In this document: piece by piece, positions 61,708-64,000 of the stretch
How the letters are laid out: each line of letters starts with the position of its first letter
Numbering within the stretch: position 1 is the stretch's first letter
NCBI GenBank assembly: GCA_963799485.1
Contig: CAWCXJ010000001.1
Location: forward strand, 1-64,000
Reading direction: 5' to 3'
DNA: 64,000 bases
Source of the DNA: an uncultured Trueperaceae bacterium
GTDB lineage: Bacteria; Deinococcota; Deinococci; Deinococcales; Trueperaceae
Position numbers and translations under genes: made by a program
Notes under the pieces: model-generated
Told to the model about the DNA's origin: nothing
The model's input: only the letters and a program-made list of their open reading frames with translations
Databases searched by the model: none

Positions 61708-63282
61708 ATGACGCACAAAGTCCTCGTTACAGATACGATTCAACTCGGTGATAAAACGTACGACAATGTTCAGGTGGACTACCGCGAGGGGATTTCGCGG
61801 AGTGACCTGTTAAAGGTAGTTGGTGACTACGACGCCATCATCACCCGGAGCCGCACGCAAGTTGACGACGCGCTGATTCGCGCTGCCAAGAGCCTCAAGG
61901 TCATCGGGCGCGGCGGCGTCGGGGTCGATAATATCGACCTCGAGGCGGCCTCGCGGCGGGGTATTTTGGTCCTGAACGCCCCCGAATCGAACAACGTCTC
62001 GGCGGCAGAACTGGCGGTTGCGCTGATGCTCGCAGCAGCTCGCGGCGTCAGCCGCTCGGACAAGCAGATTCGTTCGGGTACCTGGGACCGGAAGTTCTTG
62101 GGCCGTGAGGTCAAAGATGCGACGCTCGGGATTGTCGGGCTGGGGCGGATTGGGTCTTTGGTCTCGAGGCGGGCGCAAGGTCTCGGGATGACGGTCTTGG
62201 CGTATGACCCGTATATCTCCCGGCAACGCGCCGCCGACCTCAAGGTCGAACTCGTAGACGACTTGGGCGAGATGCTCTCACGCTCGAACTTTTTAACCGT
62301 TCACACCCCGCTGACCGAAGAGACGCAGGGCATTATCGGCGCGGCGGAGCTGGCGCGGCTGCCGCAAGATGCGGTGGTGGTGAACGCGGCGCGGGGCGGC
62401 ATCATCGACGAGGCGGCCTTGTTAGCAGCTTTGGGTGAGAAACGTATTTTCGGGGCCGGGCTGGATGTGTATGTGCTCGAGCCCCCCTCACCCGACAATC
62501 CCCTGTTAGCCCTCGATAACGTCGTGCTGACCGCACACCTGGGCGCAAATACCGCCGAGGCGCAAGCAAGGGTCGGCGCGGAGATTTTAGAACGCACGGC
62601 GCTCGCGCTAAACGGCGACCTCTCACGCGGCGCGGTCAACGCGCCCGCACTGGCCCCCGACGTGATGGCGGTGCTGGGGCCGTACCTCAAACTCGGTGAG
62701 GCACTGGGTAAACTCGTCGCGCAACTGTCAACGGGCCGGATGCGCGAGTTGCAGATTGAGTTTTCCGGGACGTTTCCGCGCGACCCCGACCCGGTGGCGG
62801 TAGCGGTGACGAAAGGGCTCCTGGAGCCCATCTTAGACGAAGCGCCCAACTACATCAACGCGCCCTCGATTGCCAAAGAGCGCGACATCCGCGTCTCGAA
62901 GGTGACGGCCTCGCGCAGCCGCGGCTACACCTCGCACGTGCATGTGAAGCTCACCACCGACGAAGGCAGTTTCAGCGTCGGTGGCACCGTTTTAGGCACC
63001 GAACCGCGTATCGTTTCGGTAGACGATTACCCTATCGAACTCCGGCCCGAAGGCACCATGCTGATTTGCACGAACTACGACCGCCCCGGCGCGGTCGGTA
63101 AGGTCGGGACGGTTTTGGGTGACGCGGGCGTGAACATTTCGGGGATGCAGCTCTCGCGTGTAGGCGACGACGGTTTTGCGATTTTTGCGCTGGGTCTCGA
63201 CAACGAACCGCCGGAGAGTGTTTTAGAGGTGTTGCGTGGCCTGCCGAACGTACTGGCGAGCCTGACGGTGGTGCGGCTCTGA
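61708..63282 (+). CDS. serA: D-3-phosphoglycerate dehydrogenase
   Basis: GVGVDNID, GLGRIG, HTPLT, NAARGG and C-terminal ASB/ACT (DRPG). Confidence 0.95.
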   Translation: MTHKVLVTDTIQLGDKTYDNVQVDYREGISRSDLLKVVGDYDAIITRSRTQVDDALIRAAKSLKVIGRGGVGVDNIDLEAASRRGILVLNAPESNNVSAAELAVALMLAAARGVSRSDKQIRSGTWDRKFLGREVKDATLGIVGLGRIGSLVSRRAQGLGMTVLAYDPYISRQRAADLKVELVDDLGEMLSRSNFLTVHTPLTEETQGIIGAAELARLPQDAVVVNAARGGIIDEAALLAALGEKRIFGAGLDVYVLEPPSPDNPLLALDNVVLTAHLGANTAEAQARVGAEILERTALALNGDLSRGAVNAPALAPDVMAVLGPYLKLGEALGKLVAQLSTGRMRELQIEFSGTFPRDPDPVAVAVTKGLLEPILDEAPNYINAPSIAKERDIRVSKVTASRSRGYTSHVHVKLTTDEGSFSVGGTVLGTEPRIVSVDDYPIELRPEGTMLICTNYDRPGAVGKVGTVLGDAGVNISGMQLSRVGDDGFAIFALGLDNEPPESVLEVLRGLPNVLASLTVVRL

Positions 63283-64000
63283 TGTTTAAACTGCGTCTCT
63301 ACGCGCCCGGCCCGGTCGAGGTGCCGCCGCAGGTTTTAGAAGCCGTCAGCCGCCCGGTCGTCCATCACCGCACCCCTGAGTTCAAGGAGCTGTTTTTGCG
63401 GACTCGAGCCAAACTCGCTGCGGTCGCCTGTGTTCCCGGAGACGACGTGCTGATTTTAGCCGGAAGCGGCACCGCCGGTTTTGAAGCCGGACTTTTGGCG
63501 TGTGTTCCCAAAGGCGCGAAGGTCGTCGGGATCAACGCAGGCAAGTTCGGTGAGCGCTGGGTCAAGTTGGCGCGGCATTACGGCTTTGACGTTGCCGAGC
63601 TGACGTTACCGTGGGGCCAGGCTGCTGACCCGGAAGCCGTCCGCACCCTCCTCAAAGAACACCCGGACGCCGCCGCCGTCATGACGACGCATTCGGAAAC
63701 GTCTACGGGTGTCCTACACGATGTTGAAGGCTATCGCCAAAGTTGTCCAGGAAACCGTACCGGACGCGCTCTTTTTGGTTGACACCGTGACGAGTCTAGG
63801 CGTTGCCGAGCTGCGCCCGAAAGACTGGGGTTTGGACGGGATTTTTTCCGGCAGTCAAAAAGGACTGATGACCCCACCCGGACTTGCGTTCGCGTGGCTT
63901 TCGGAGCGGGCTTGGGCGCGGTCTGAAAATCTCCTGCCGACCTTTTATCTCGATTTGCGTAAAGAGCTTAAGCAGCAGCGCGAGGGGCAGACGGCCTACA
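63282..64000 (+). CDS. Class V aminotransferase (serine-pyruvate/phosphoserine type), frameshift near 63729, runs off window
   Basis: PGPVEVP, GSGTAG and HSETSTG; continues in another frame as AIAKVV...VDTVTSLG...SGSQKGLMTPPGL. Confidence 0.88.

Overview
Bacterial chromosomal window, GC-rich, most likely Deinococcota (Trueperaceae-like). The assignment is an inference from gfh1 next to greA, a Thermus-type homoisocitrate dehydrogenase, a multi-MshEN PilF ATPase and many leaderless TANNNT-N5-7-start genes. Most of the window is housekeeping: leuCD, pilT/pilB, gluQ, lon, argS, algFIJ, pdp, moeB-like, greA/gfh1, lysS, amtB/glnK, murJ, surE, recG, serA, plus several large surface lipoproteins. 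There are three IS-rich patches: 1-1470 (with a decayed cmr1), 21.9-25.6 kb (a nested IS5/IS110/IS4/IS200 pile-up) and 35.3-36.4 kb (IS1595). The top signal is an intact IS621-like IS110 (22603-23739, minus strand). Its non-coding left end reads as a bridge RNA whose guide segments match both its own donor junction and the site it occupies, and that site is the A6G -1 frameshift motif of a host IS5. This suggests an RNA-guided element aimed at the slippery sites of other IS elements. Other notable signals are two related ~40-nt double-hairpin micro-inserts inside two different transposase genes, a leaderless Leu leader-peptide attenuator upstream of leuC, and strong over-representation of the palindrome CTCGAG. 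No rRNA, tRNA or CRISPR array was recognised. Several single-base frameshifts may be sequencing errors. All motif calls were made by eye; no searches were run.
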